A DNA stretch of 63,080 nucleotides, filler included, from Jimgerdemannia flammicorona (taxonomy: Eukaryota): the NCBI GenBank assembly GCA_003990765.1. It is 3 parts of 3 records of this genome, joined end to end, with 100 filler letters (N's around TTAATTAATTAA, not from the genome) between each part and the next. Parts side by side here need not be neighbours in the genome. Positions count along the whole stretch, not along the records: positions 1 to 20,962 come from RBNJ01001557.1; positions 21,063 to 42,022 come from RBNJ01001558.1; 1 more part is not named here. One strand, 5' to 3'. Below, piece after piece: positions 13,237 to 26,751 of the stretch. Position 1 is the first letter of the stretch, and each line of letters opens with the position of its first letter. Under the pieces are notes generated by a model. It had not been told where the DNA came from. It did no database searches and saw nothing but the letters and a program-made list of their open reading frames with translations. The translations under genes were made by a program, and so were the position numbers.

Positions 13237-16200
13237 GATATTTCTTGAGTCAGTTTTGATGAATAGTGGTGGGGATTATTGTGTCTGAGGGTTTTCATAG
13301 CCAATAGGTAGTCCCTTTTATATCTTGCACAAGGTAAGGTCCTTCCCACTTGGGCTCCAGTTTTCATGACCATGAAGCTTCTACCATATTCTGATACACT
13401 AGGACTTTGTCTCCTATCTTGATAATCTCCAAGAGTTTGTGGGTCTTTTCCACATTCCTCCATTATAGTGTCTGCAACTTGGTTATGTAATCCTCAGCCT
13501 TCTTCCTGATTTGGTGTAGTCTCCATATTTCCATGTCCACATGTTTCCATACAGCATCTCTATTGGATAATAGGGTTCCCTGAGAACATTCTTCTCTGAA
13601 CAGCATTTCTTGAGGGGTAAAGTGGGTACTTTGTGATCGGATATCTCAGAGAGCAGATAATGCTATTGGCAGATAGTGATCCCAGTTCACGTAGTTATTA
13701 CAGATCTTGGCAATAATGTTCTTGAGGGTTTTGTTGGTCCTTTCTACTTATCCGTTTCCTTGAGGGTGATATGCTGTGGTCTGAATATGCTGGATCTTGT
13801 ACTTCTTATAGAGAACTTCGAAAAACTGGTTCACAAATTCCGTTCCTCTATCTGTGGTTACTTGCATTGGGGTCTTGAATTGGCAGATGATTTCTTTGTG
13901 GAAGAAATCAGTGATTGACTGTACATTGGCTTCCATAAGGAGTCCTGCTTCTATCCATTTTGTAAAAAGGTCTACAATGACAATAATGTATCAGTTGCCA
14001 GTCAAAGTCAAGAGTAGAGGGCCAATTACATCCATTGCAATGTGGGTGAATGGTACTGGTTCTATGTATACTAATCCTGGGGCTCGATTTCATTGTTCTT
14101 ATTTCTATTTCTGGCATTTGTTGCAGATCTTGACGAATTGTCTGATATCTTCCTCCATCCCTGGCCACTATATTGTTCTTCTTGCCTTATTATATGTATT
14201 TGTTCCTCCTAGATGGCCAAGTTCATGTACTGATTTCATCGCTTGCTCCTTCTTGTGTTCTGGTATAACTAGTAGTTTTCCTTTCTTCAGTGTTTCTCCA
14301 TCAGTTTCGAATTGTTTCCATATTCTGTTGATAATTATTTGTGTTCATTCTTCCAGATGTTGGGGCATCTTTCACTGTTCCAGATATGTGATAATTCCAT
14401 AGTAGAGCTCCTTATTCATGATTGATTTATTGGTTGGAGATAGTTTGGGGTGTCCATGAGAGGGCATCTGCATTGGCATTGGTTCTTCCAGAGTGGTGTA
14501 CAATGGTTACATTATGAGCTTGCAACTTCATTATCCATCTAGCATAGATTCCTTTGGGTCATCCAGTTGTCAGTAGCCAGGTGAGAGCTGAGTGGTCTAT
14601 TTGGATGGTAAAGTGTCTTCCAGCCAAGTAGTAGTGAACTTTTCTATGGCCCAGATAACTGCGAGGCATTCCAACTTGTAGGATTTGTATTCTTTTTCAG
14701 CTCCTTGGGTTCTGCAGCTGAGGTATGCAATGACATACTCCACTTTATCTTTCTTTTGAGCTAGAACTGCTCCTAGTCCTTGTGCACTTGCATCAGTCTG
14801 TAGGATGAATTCTTGAGTCCAGTCAGGTCTTCTGAGGATGGGTGCCTGGGTCAGTCTGACCTTGAGTTCATCAAATGCTTTTTGTTATCTGCCAGTCCAC
14901 TGGAACTTGGTAACCTTCTTGTTAAGTTCATAAATTGGTCCTGCAATATTAGAAAATCCTTTAATAAATCTGCGATAATAGGAGGCAAGTCCCATGAAGG
15001 CTTGGGCTTCCGTAACAGTAGTGGGTCTTGGGTATGCTGCCACTGCTTGTATCTTGAGGGGGTCCGTGTGTGTTCCATCTTAGTTGATGATGTGGCCAAG
15101 TTAGGAGATCTCAATTTCTGTGAATTTGCATTTTTTGGGCTTGATGTATAGGCCATGCTTTCTCAGTCTTTCCATTATCTGCCAGATGTGCTGCAGGTAT
15201 TCTTCTGGTGTCTGGCTGTAGATGATTACATCATCAACATAGACCATCATCCATCTTCCCATGTCATAGTAGAAGATTTTGTTCATCATTTGCTGGAAAC
15301 TTGCTGGTGCATTGTATATTCCAAATGGCATTCATAGGTAGACATAGGTTCCATCTGGGGTGATGAAAGCTGACTTTTTACTTGCCATGTCTGTGAGTCC
15401 GATTTGGTGGAATCCTGAGTATAAGTCCAAAGTACTGTAGTACTGTACTTCATCTCCCAGTGTTATGAGGATATCATTGATGAGGAGCAGTGATTGGTGA
15501 TCCTTTTTGGTAACCATGTTGAGCTTTCTGTAGTCAACACAGAGTCTTGGGGCAAATTCTCCAGGCTTGCTGCCCTTTTTCGGGGCTAGTACAACAGGTG
15601 AGGACCAGGGGCTGCTGGCTTCTTTAATGATGCCAGCTTCTTCCATCTGCTTGATTTCTTCTCTGAGCCATTCTCAGTAGGCTGGCGGGACAGGTCTTGC
15701 TTTCTGATAAATTGGTTCGGTGTTTCCAGTATCTACTTCATGATAGTAGTGTGGGGTCTTTCCTTTGATATCCTTGAAATCTGAGTCAAGGACATCTTCG
15801 AATTCGTGGAGTATTTTCTTGAGTTCTTTCTTGAGTGGAAATTCATTTCTGATGGTGTAGCTGTACTTACTTGTGTTTTCCTCCTTCTTATGCTTGAGTT
15901 CGGTGATCTTGGTACTAGTAAATACTCCTCTTCCTGTGGATCCAAATCTTTTCTTTCCTCTTTTTGTTTCCTCCAGCTTCTTAACTTCTATGATCTTTGG
16001 TTATAGGATCAGAAAGATCAATCTTTGTGCCAATCAGTCCTTCTTCTTGACTGGAAATGGGATTGTAGGATTGTGATTCCTAGCAATGAGTAGAATTTCT
16101 CCAGTATAGTCTGAATTGATGACTCCTCCTTTGATTGTGATTTCGCTTCTAGCCAGGCTGCTTCTTGTCTTGAGAATCCCAACATAATCCTTTGGGATGG

Positions 16201-18403
16201 TCATTTCCAGTCCAGTTGCGAGTAGGGTGGTTGTCTGGGATTCTAGTATAGTCTCTTCTACTATAGTAATGTCTATTCTGGCTGCATTTTCTGACTTGTA
16301 TTCTGGTAAGACTGTATCAGGGTGAATCTTTTGAATCTTGACCTTGATTTCTTCTTCATCATCACTGTCCTCCAGAAGGGCTGGTGGTTCATCATCTTCC
16401 TCCTTCTCTTCTTCCCTGATCTGTTTTTCAAGAGCTTTCTGCCTTCTTTCCTGGGGAATCTTCTTGATTCCAATGATATACTGATAGCAATCATGGACAT
16501 GCTCCATATAGTACATCTTGATCCCATGAGGACAGACTCCTTGTGGGGCATAACCTTCTGTGATCTTCTTGCACCATTCTTCTTTACTTATCTATCCAAC
16601 TTTCTTCTTCTTTGGAGTAGTCACCATATAAACTTCCTCTTGCTTGCTCTCTTCTTCCTCTATGTCGGGCAGGACTCCTTTGTTGATATTGATGGGAATT
16701 CATATCTTCTGTCCCTGGTAGGTGATCTGCATCTTCTGGACATTGAGATCGATTACTGCCTTGGCTTTGTGAAGCCATTGATTGCTGATGAGGATGTCAT
16801 AGTTGGTGGTGTTGGTTACAATTACATCTACTGGGATGGTTGCTCCTCCAATCTTGATGGAAACATCTTAGATCTTTCCCAGAGGTGTGGCTCTTGTGCC
16901 ATCGGCTATGACAAACACCAGCTTAGTTGCTTCTTCCATATCCCAACCTAGGTGGTCCACTGCCTTCTTGCTGAGGAGACATCCTCCTGTTCCCATATCA
17001 ATGATGGCTTTAAAGATTCTATCTTCGATTTGGCATATTGCATAAGCAGAGGTTTTGCGATTGTCCTCACTTTCTTCTCCTGAGTCCTCTTGAATGTTAT
17101 TGGCCTCAGTTATCTTCCATCCTTGTTTCTTAGTTGTTTCGGCAAGTCCAAACCTCATTTGCTGTCTGAATTTTGGGATTTCTGCGAGCTGACCAAAGGT
17201 TGTATTGACCTTTTGTTGACTGAGGTCCTTGAAGATATCATACTTAAAGGTCTTGATCTTGCGAAGCTTCTTTTCTTTTTCTCCTTCACTGGCTAGAGTG
17301 GTTCCTTGGAGGATATCTTGAACTGCTTGCTCCAGCTCTATATCTTGGTCCATCTCTTCGGCTTGGCTTTCTGTGGCAGTTTCCATCTGCTTTTCCACTG
17401 GGTTCTTCTTGGGTCTTCCTGGTGGTCTCTTGTAGGGTTCTTTGCGAACATCCTTCTTGGTGGTTTGAGCAGGATAGGCCTCCTATTCCTCTTCATTGGA
17501 TTCTCTGATTTCTTTAAAGGTGATTATATTGGCCTGTTCCTTATTTCTAGTAGCATTGCTTGGTTGGACCTTATGCTTAGTTTCACTCATACATTCATAT
17601 GAGTAGTGGCCTTCTTCTCCACAGCTGTAGCAGGTACCTTTCTTCTTATCTGAGGTGGTGGTAAACTTCTGAACAGGGTGGTGGTCTCTTCCTCGAATTT
17701 CCTTTACCACATCTCCCAGGTGGGCAGTCATTTCAGCAAACCTTTTGGCGAGTTACTCCATAGGGTTACTGTGATTTTGCTGCTCTGTAGCTTTTGGCTG
17801 AGGTGTGTTTCGATTGATCATTGTGGTAGGGATCACACTGGTTGCCTTGGGTGCTTCAATTTTGACTCCCATGACCCTTTCCATTGTATGGTCTTGTGGA
17901 TGTCTGGCTATCCAGTATTGCTGAGCATAGGTGACCTTCTGTGGCAGATCCAGAATCACTGGTGATGAGTGGATGGCCATGGCTATCTCTGGGTGGACTC
18001 CTTTCATGAAGATTGCTTCAGCTACTTGGTCTTGGATAGCATCGGCATATTCTGCAAGAATTATCTGATATCGGATTCTGGTGTAGAATGTATTTGGATC
18101 TTCGCTCATTCCTTGGTATATTGTATTGAGCTGATCCTTCAGAGCTTGCTTGATCTCATCTGTATAGTAGGTGGTTTGAAGCCAGGTCTTCTGTGCTGTC
18201 AGTATAGCATTGGCATCATTTCCCATGTGGTTTACAGCTGTGAATGCTGCTCTTGCAGGGCCTCATAGGCTAAAGAGCATAAGGGCTACTTGCTGTACTG
18301 CTGTCAGGGTCCTTATAGCGGCATACTGCTCGAAATTGTCAATGAAGATGATGATTGATTCATCTGAGATATATCTATAGAATACTGGCAGTCTTATATC
18401 CAT
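13237..18403 (-). pseudogene. Family A gag-pol
   Basis: Zn knuckle CYSCGEEGHYSYEC; protease AIIDMG; RT SPWSSPVVLAPKK, LDLYSGFHQI, MPFG, YVDD; integrase TDRGTEF, TAYHPQGNG, WEGPY. Confidence 0.93.
15930..16350 (-). pseudogene. dut: dUTPase domain of family A, between protease and RT
   Basis: KTRSSLA, GGVINSDYTGEI, C-terminal KRGKKRFGSTG. Confidence 0.9.
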
Positions 18404-19185
18404 CTTGTCTGGGTATTGGGGCTTGGTTTGTATGGTTGTTTGGGTAGTGGTGGTTGTTCATTGTTCAGCTTGAAAGTGAGGAATTCATCTTGAATCACCA
18501 GCCAATGGGCACCAAGTTGTAACATAGCAGACACTTACTCTTGAAAGTATGTCAGATTTCTGTATCTTGAAAACTTAACTGTTCTGACTCTCACAGAGTC
18601 TCTTGAAGTTGCAGAGGAGGGTGGATGAGTTCGAAGTATATCTGCCTGCAGGCTTACTAGTTCCTTTGCTATCTCTTTGCTTTGAACTATTTTGATCTGA
18701 GATTTATTCACTCGAAGATACTGGGTTATTTATATAAGTTTGCTAGCTATGAGATAGTTACTGGGTTACATAGCTAAGTTTATGAGTTATTTAACACTTT
18801 GTGAAATATTTTGCCAGTTGCAAAATGCTATACTATATTGAGAAGCTCGATCTCACATTTTGCGAAATATTTAGCAAGTGGCGAAATCAAGGACTACTAA
18901 CTATGTGGCTATACTACTTTGGAACTGGGTGTGATCAAGTGTCTGTTCTCTATTTCCTTCTTCCAAATCTGGCTATACCATCACAACAGTGTACAGAGTC
19001 TGTACAGATAAACAGACCCTTTCTGGTATGTCTGGCTAATTATAAGTGTGGCAGGCATGAGTAACAATAATATACTGGAAGTTATGTCATGCTGTGAGCC
19101 TATGTCATCTGGTTAAATATGCTAATTGTTCACATCATCTGGTTAAGTTATAATTCAGGTGGTATATTTTGGTTTGTTACAATAT

Positions 19186-20950
19186 GGTACATATAGATAA
19201 GATAAGAGCAAGCAGAGCAAAGGATGAGGCAAAGGTCAGCAATATAAGAAATTTGATAGTAAATACTTCTATTATAATAAGTATGGATAATACAAGCAAG
19301 ACTATAACTATAAGAAAAAGGAAAAGAGTAGTCAAGGTGAGCAATGTCAGTAACAGCAAGCAAATATCATAGATACTAACAACAATTATGAAAGCAGTAG
19401 AAGTAGCAGAGGTCTGTTTTTTACAGAAGTAGTAATCTCTCCACATACAAAAGGAATTATAGAAATGAAAAATATTGATATAGGTACTAGTATAAATATA
19501 TACTATATACTAAGTACTTATATATGTAGTGAAAAAGTCTGGCTTAAATATTCTAGTACAATACAGTACATGATAGCTTACTGTGAGTAGTTCTCTATAT
19601 ATATATAAGAAGTTCAAGTATCTCATATTTAGCAAACTAGGTAACAATAATATTATTTATGCTAAAGGTAAGAGAAATATTAGTATACATCTAAATGGAA
19701 AAGTCAATGAACTCTTAGGCACCTTTGTAGATATATTATATAGTTCAGATATCAGTAAGAATCTCTTCTCAATAGGCCAGATAATGGCTTGAGGAGATAA
19801 AAGAGTAAATATATAGCTGAAGAGTCTAATTATAATCAATCTAAAGAATAATAAGGAATTAATATATGTATAGAAAAAGGAAAACCTATATATAATAGAT
19901 AGTACACCAAGTGGTATATTATCTATATATTCTGTTATAACTAGAGAGAATCTTTGATATATATAATATGAATACTTAAGACATTTAGCAAGATAAGCTT
20001 GGAATAGATAATAAGGAGTAAATCCATATATAGATTATCAAACTATACAATACTCACCTTTAGCTTTTATATTAGATATATGACAAATAAGACTTCTTGT
20101 TAACCTTTTCAGAAATAGACAAAGTAAGTAGCCAGTATTCTTAACATAATATATACAGATACCTACAGCTCAATATAAATGGTAACATACTCTAAAGAAG
20201 TATTTTATTACTTTTATTAATAATTATACTTATAAAGCTTATATATACTTCTATATAGTGAAGAATGAGATATTCAAAAAATTTTGAGAATTCCAAACAA
20301 CTATAAAGAATGAAATGAGATATAAGATATGGACCCTACTCTTAGATAATAGTAAGAAATATATCAATAAAGTCTTCAGATACTTCTTGAAGAAGTATAG
20401 TATCTAATACTCTGTAATAGTTCTCTATATAACTAAGCTGGATGGTGTGGCAGAGTGCTTCAATTAAATAGTAATAGAGATGGCTCAAATAATAATAAAT
20501 ATGGCCAGCTTACAATACTCCTTCTGGACTAAAGTGGTGAATACAATAGTATATATCTGAAATTATTATATTTCTCAAGCTATAAGTAATGACTTCAGTG
20601 ATATAGCAGATCAATAATAATCAATAATCCAGAAACAATGTTGATCTTACTACTAAAGAATTATAGAATAGATATAAGTTAGATATTTTACACTTATAAA
20701 TATTCAGAAGTGAGGCTTACATCTTAGATAAGAGTAATAATAGAGGTAAATTCAAACCTAAAACAGATATATATATATTTCTTAGATATGATAGAGTAGT
20801 ATAAAGATTGTAGAACCCACAGAAAAAATATCATATTGTCATCTTATATAATATTTAATTCAAAGAATCTAAGCTTAAAAATTCCTATTCTGACTAATCT
20901 GATGGTACAGCTAGCTAACTTTAAAGATAAGTAGAATAATATCTATATCT
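19186..20950 (+). mobile_element. Degenerate Ty1/Copia, protease-integrase region
   Basis: Decayed motifs NLFSIGQI, IIYTDT, YFITFINNY, LDGVAECFN, FWTKVVNT, IFRSEAY, GKFKPKT; integrase follows protease (Copia order); ends at the gap. Confidence 0.85.
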
Positions 20951-20962
20951 TTTTTTTTTTTT

Positions 20963-21062
20963 NNNNNNNNNNNNNNNNNNNNNNNNNNNNNNNNNNNNNN
21001 NNNNNNTTAATTAATTAANNNNNNNNNNNNNNNNNNNNNNNNNNNNNNNNNNNNNNNNNNNN
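20963..21062. other. Scaffold gap with artificial TTAATTAATTAA linker
   Basis: N-run, 12-mer, N-run totalling 100 bp; same design at 42023-42122. Confidence 0.97.
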
Positions 21063-21082
21063 AAAAAAAAAAAAAAAAAAAA

Positions 21083-24000
21083 GAGAGTTCTGCCACCTTC
21101 TTGTAAATTCTATCCATTAAAGGTTCTAATGAAAGAGCATAGAGAATAGGGGACAGAGGGTCCCCCTGAGGAACTCCTCTTCTCAAGGGAAATGCCAGAC
21201 CTCAGTGACTATTATACATCAGTATCACCCGACTGCCCTCCAACAAACTCAATATAGAAGTCTGAAATTGAAGGGAAACACCAATTCTATCCAATACCTT
21301 GCCCAACCAAACCCACCATACATGGTTATAGACCTTCTCCTGATCCAAAAAGACCAATCTACCATCTAGTCCACAAGTCTGGGCCCCTTCAATGATACCA
21401 TGCACCCAGGCAGTCTCATCTCTGATAAGTCTGCCTCTTACAAAGCCCCACTGCTCCTCATCTAGTATCTGTTAGGCCATCTTCTGTAGCCTTGCAACAA
21501 TCACCTTAGTCACCAACTTCCTATTCATATCCAGAAGTATGATTGGCCTCCAGTTCTTCCAGTTCTTCTACCTACCCTTGTCTTTATATAATAAGGCTAC
21601 CAATCCTAAGTCCTGCTCTCCAACCCACTTGCTATTCAAAAGAACATGGTCACAGAGGGCAGCTATCTCTCCTAACACTCCAGGGACCTTCATCATCATC
21701 TTCCAGAAGTCTCAAGGTAACCCATCCTCCCCTGGTACTGTCCCAAGCTTAGTTGTCACAAGGACTTTCTAAATCTCCTCCTTTTGGACTGGTAAGATCA
21801 GATTACTCAGTTCCTCTATCTGTGGTAGCTCTCACTCTTCCAGCATATCTTCAATTGCCTCTCCACCAGCACCTTCTTCTTCCTCACTCTACAGACCTTA
21901 CTATCTTTCCTTCAAAATCCCCATGATCTATTACATGCCATATACTATATCCCCCTCAGCATTCAAGACTCCATCCCACTGATATTGTACCCTTCTAGCA
22001 TTGAGGAGTCTAGACAAGTATCTAGTAGGCTGCTCTCTCTCCTCAAGCCTTTGCCATTATAGCCTGACAGTCATACCTTTCATAAGAGTCTCCTCCTCCT
22101 CCCTCAATACCTGTTGTAGTTCCACTACCTTCAATTTTCTCTAACCTCCAATCCTCCCCCTCCTCAGAAGCAAGCAAATTAGCCTATTTCATCTGTAATC
22201 TCATCAGCCTATCTGAAGTACACTAGACATGCTTCCTTCTCTGTCTCTCAGCCTCTCTACCAGCTCCTCCCCAATAAACCTTTGCAGCCTCCTTCAACCT
22301 CATCTAATGAATATCCACAGATAATCCCTCATACTTCCAAATGAGAAACTTTGCTTAGATGTCCTCCACCCATATATCTCATAACCCCTTCTCATCCAGC
22401 AGGGAGGAGTTAAGGTGCCAATATCTGGGGTCTATCTCCACTCCCCCCAAACTGCCCCTGCCCTAATAGCCCCCAGTGATCAGACCATGGGCACCACTCT
22501 ACCTCCAAAGCTCTCCAAACATCAGCACCCCAACGTTCAGCTGTCAGAATTCAGTCAATCCTTATATCCAAGCCATTTACCAAATGTGTGTAGACCCTCA
22601 TATCACCCCACTATATTCTGCCTGTATTCCCTAAGAAGCTAAGGTTCTCCACCTCCTCTCATGCATCCAGACCACCACTTCTCCCACCTACATTCCTTCC
22701 TCCATTTGTTCTATCTAGTCACAGCTCCTGAACCATATTAAAATCACCCCCAAGAATATTGGCTCCTTTCTCCAAGAGAATACTCTTCTCCAGCAGCTCC
22801 ATAATCCATACAATCCTCTTGCCCCTAGCTGTAGAGTAGTAGTAGGAGCCAACCCTCACCAATTCTCACCCTGGCCAATACCACTCTCTCCAGACTAAGC
22901 AATCACCCCAGCTCCAAATTTCTCCTAGATCTCCTCTATCCTTCTTTACCAGAATTTCCACTTTGCCAAACCAAGTAGTAGCCCCACCCCATTCTCTAGT
23001 CCACTCCACCTGATCATCCTCATCCTCATACTGCACATCCTATAGTAAAAAGAGGTCAGTCTCCAATCTCTTGAGTCAAGTAAAAATGTTCTTACACTAC
23101 CCAGATCTCTGTAACCCATTCACATTCAGAGAGAAAATATTAGTTATACTGTTCATGAGAAATAATGTTATTTTTAGAACTCATTCTCTACAAATCCACA
23201 TTTAACTTCTCCTGCACCAAGTCCAAGTCATGTTCTGCAGCTAGTTCTTTCTCTTCAGCTTCCCATGCCTCTAACTCTTCCAGAAGTTCAGCCATCACTC
23301 CATCCTCTTTCTCCTCAAAGTCCTTACAGTACTCTAGACATATCTTCTGTCAGAGTTGCAAACCATGATGCTCTGCCCAACAGTAGGCAGCCTGCTCACC
23401 AGCAATAACTACCAGCTCTGCTTCTCTTACCTTATCAATTTTGTATCCCTCCTCCTCCAGAAAAATTGCAAGAATCTCCACCTTCAGTACCTCCACCACC
23501 CTATCTCCATGCAGAATCTGTACCCAAATCACCTGCAGGTCCACTTCTCCCAACTCCTCAGCCATAAGATTATCTATCATCTTACTCATATATAGCAGGT
23601 TCCCCACCTCCTTTCCTCCAGAAGTCTCTGGCTGCCCTGTATCCAGTATCATGGTGTCTGCTCCTATACTAGCAGTCTCATTCCACTCCTTCTCTGGGAC
23701 ATCCACTACTTGGCCCCCTTTTGCCACATCAGGGACCCCAAAGTGTACTTACTGGACCCCCTGTATCAGTACATCCTCTGCTGCCCCTCTCTTTCTAACC
23801 AGGCCCCTCCTAATAAGGGAGGGGGGGGGGGGGCTATCTAACTCCTGCTCCCAGACCTTGAATATACCATCTACATAAGGGTCCTTGCTTAGCACCCTCC
23901 TAGCCCCTTCCTTGTTCACCCCTATCTCCTCTCCTTCTTTACTAGTCCAGACACTGGCTTCGACACCTCCAGACTCCTCAGTTCCATCTACCTTCTTCTT

Positions 24001-25255
24001 TGCCCCTTCTTTTATACTTGCCAAAAGCTCTCTCTGCCTCCTACACCCCTGAGCCTACTCCCACTACCTCTTGTCAGTGCAGATATGCTTCCCCTCCACA
24101 ATTTCCAGATGTGTCAACTCAACATATTTTCTCCAGACCTTTGCTCTCTACTTGACAGCCCCACTCATCTCTTCCAGAGCCTCCAGTAGGTCCTCTTCCT
24201 TCTCCTCACTCCCTTTTACCCTTGATACCTGACAGCTGAAAGCCCCCCAAAGCATCACTACTGGCCAGTTACTCATCTTCTCAGTGGCCTCCTTTCCTGC
24301 CAGTCAAATCCTGATATCAACATCTCTAATCCTAATGGTAGTCTCCTCCCAAATCTGGAAATCAATATCAACTACATCTCTATACTCAGCCATCACCTCC
24401 TCAACCCTCCTCCTCATCTTGACTGCTATCACTGTAGGCACTCCCTTTACCAACAGCTGTACCACTCTGGGGTCCTACCTCAGGCAATGCACCATAAGGA
24501 CTACTATCTCCCCAACTACCACTCTAACCTTCAGAGCCTCATCCAGTATGCCTGTCTCCTCAAAGCCCACCTCAACTCCCTCTAGCCCCTTCAGAAATTT
24601 CACTGATGCAGCCCCCACCACCTGCTTCAAAATAAGCCCCAGAACCATCCTTGCTGTCACTGCCAAGCCCTGGAAGTACAAGGTAGCTACAAACTCCAAA
24701 ATCAACTTCTTGAGTAATGGTGTCACTGCCAGCCCTGTCACACCATTAGCCAGATCCTCCTTCCACATTGGGAACTCCTGCCTGACTCTGCCATCAGCTA
24801 TCCCATTTCTTTTTTTTTCCTGATTCCCCATCACACTTCTATCAGCAGTCCTACCCTCAGCTACAGTACTGTCAGCCCCTATACTCACCTCTCCCACCTG
24901 AGTACCTCCCCTCCTCTCAAGGCTCACCTTACTCTTCCCCTCAGCAGCACCAGCTCTAGATCTCACTGGCCACCCACTCTCCTTCATCTTGTCTGTGAAA
25001 CTTGAGGGTCTGGGCCTTCTCCCATTGCCACCAGCTATTGGTCCACCCCCAGAGCCCTCTCCACCCTTAAACCCTCCAAAGGCCCCCATCTCCAGACCAT
25101 AACCCCTCCCTACATTCTGTCAGCTGAAAGTCCCAGATCCACCTGACCCAGCATGCCCATCAGAACTCTTACTCAATAATATTTATATAATACCTTTTCT
25201 CTGAGTTATGTCAAAAACCATTACTTGAAGTTGGTGTAACATGAATTGTACAGGA
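21083..25255 (-). mobile_element. LINE copy (5' end, ORF1, APE, first part of RT; cut at the gap)
   Basis: Colinear with 4830-9030; LDQEKVYN, NIFSLNVNG, ORF1 fragments 24475-25089 and 23350-23727. Confidence 0.92.
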
Positions 25256-25259
25256 GAAA

Positions 25260-26751
25260 GGTGTCTTGGTCTCTCTCCTACTATCTCACCTTTGTTAGGT
25301 GAGGTCCTGTTATGAGAAGCTGAGTGGTAGAGGATGTACTAATGCAGAGTACCCAGCAAGTATATTTTGGAGTTTCAAACATAGTGAAAGGAGATCAGGT
25401 GGTGGCTGTTGGTGAGGATAAGCTGGTAGATGTGATGGAGGAGGAGTGAGATGAGACTGTGAGTATAGAAGCAGATATCATAATACTGAGTGTAAAAAGA
25501 CCAGCATCTAGTGTCTCTGGGTGGAAAGGAGTTTGGAAACCTACTATATATGAGCCAGATGATGAATAACTTCACTTTTCTCAGCTACCACTCACATTAT
25601 ACACACTTTTACAATATACTTTCAAAGTATTTATTGAATAAAAATACTAAGGTCATAGTAACCAATAAATAAGCCTACATGCATACTAGGTCAGGTGGAC
25701 CTGGAGCCTTCAATTAGTAATATATTAGATGAGAGTATGGATTAGGAATGGGGTCTTTCAGTGGTCCAAGTAGACAGAGTAGTTTAGGTAGTAGAAGCAG
25801 CACTGGGGGAAAAGTAGGAGGACAGAAGAGGTGGAGCTTCACTAATATGCTGAAGACTAGCAGATGGCCTGTGAGATCTTGTGGTGAGCAGACAGAGAGA
25901 AAGAGAAAGTAGAGAGAAGGAGAAGTGGGAGATATAGCTCATCAGTCAGTGGGTGGAAGGACTGATAGGAGTAGAGAGGGAACTGCTGATACATAGTAGT
26001 ATAACTGGGAATCTGAAAAAAAATCCAGATATGACTGTTGATGGTGGAACCAAGCAAGTGGGCCCAAAGAGGAAAGAGGACCTGGCTGATGGTGTAATGG
26101 AGCTAGTGGTAGTACTATTACTGAAGAGGTTGTTCTCAGAGTTTGCTATAACCTTGTATTTCTGGGTCTTGGCAGTAACAGCAAGAATGGTTCTAGGAAT
26201 TATCTCAGAGCAAGTTGCTGGAGCTGCCTTGGTGAAGTTTCTGAAGGGATTGGAGGGGGTTGAGGTGGGTTTCAAGAAGGCAGGTCCACTGGAGGAAGCT
26301 TTGAAGACTGGAGTAGTGGTAGGAGAGGTGGTGGTCTCTATGGTATAGTATTTGAGGTGGGACCCAGAGTGGTTTAGTTACTGGTAAAGGGGGTGTCTAT
26401 AGTGATGAAGGTTGAGACTAAGAGAAGTGTAGAGGAGATGATAGTGGAGTATAGAGATATGGTTGATATTGGATTCCAGATGTAGGAGGGGACCACTTTC
26501 ACTATACCTTTCTCTGATACCATTCACATTACACTAACTTCAAGCAATGGTTTTCAATATAACTCAGAGAAAAGATACTATTATAATGTTATCAAGCAAG
26601 AGTTCTGATGGGCATACTGGATTAGGCAGATCTGGGGCTTTCAGCTGGCAGAATGTAGAGAGGGATTATGGTCTGGAGATAGGGGCCTTTGGAGGATTGA
26701 AGGGTGGAGAGGGCTCTGGAGAAGAACCAATGTCAGGTAGTAATGGGGGAA
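25260..26751 (+). mobile_element. Stack of three LINE fragments: ORF1 C-terminal piece (25260-25570) and two 5' ends (from ~25571 and ~26497)
   Basis: Each 5' piece starts with the family 5' motif (e.g. CATTCACATTACAC) and runs into ORF1 (KFLKGLEGVEVGF at ~26240); junctions approximate. Confidence 0.8.

Larger units (their letters stand above)
12271..18985 (-). mobile_element. Ty3/Gypsy LTR retrotransposon family A (gag-PR-dUTPase-RT-RH-IN plus extra 3' ORF), full length, inactivated
   Basis: LTRs 12271-12737 and 18518-18985; TSD ACAG at 12267-12270 and 18986-18989; PBS TGGTGCCCATTGGC 18501-18514; PPT TTCAGGAGGAAG next to 12737. Confidence 0.95.
11106..19181 (-). repeat. Solo LTR X (~1.36 kb: 11106-12270 plus 18990-19181), split by Gypsy A
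   Basis: TGTAACA...TGTTACA termini; 4-bp TSD ATAT at 11102-11105 and 19182-19185; minus-strand TATA (12152-12159) and AATAAA (12126-12131) block resembling that of LTR A. Confidence 0.85.

Noticed and set aside
13676..18268. Hydrophobic plus-strand ORFs (also 30004-34412 and 57244-59582) that look like membrane or env proteins
   Set aside because: Antisense to A-rich gag-pol; Leu/Phe richness follows from strand composition
18501..18514. Assigning the family A/C PBS to a specific tRNA
   Set aside because: TGGTGCCCA could be decayed TGGCGCCCA (Lys-like) or another tRNA; needs the host tRNA set
20963..21062. TTAATTAATTAA palindrome within N-runs (also 42067-42078) and adjacent poly(T)/poly(A)
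   Set aside because: Identical 100-bp construct at both gaps is an assembly spacer with stops in all frames; adjacency across gaps is not trustworthy
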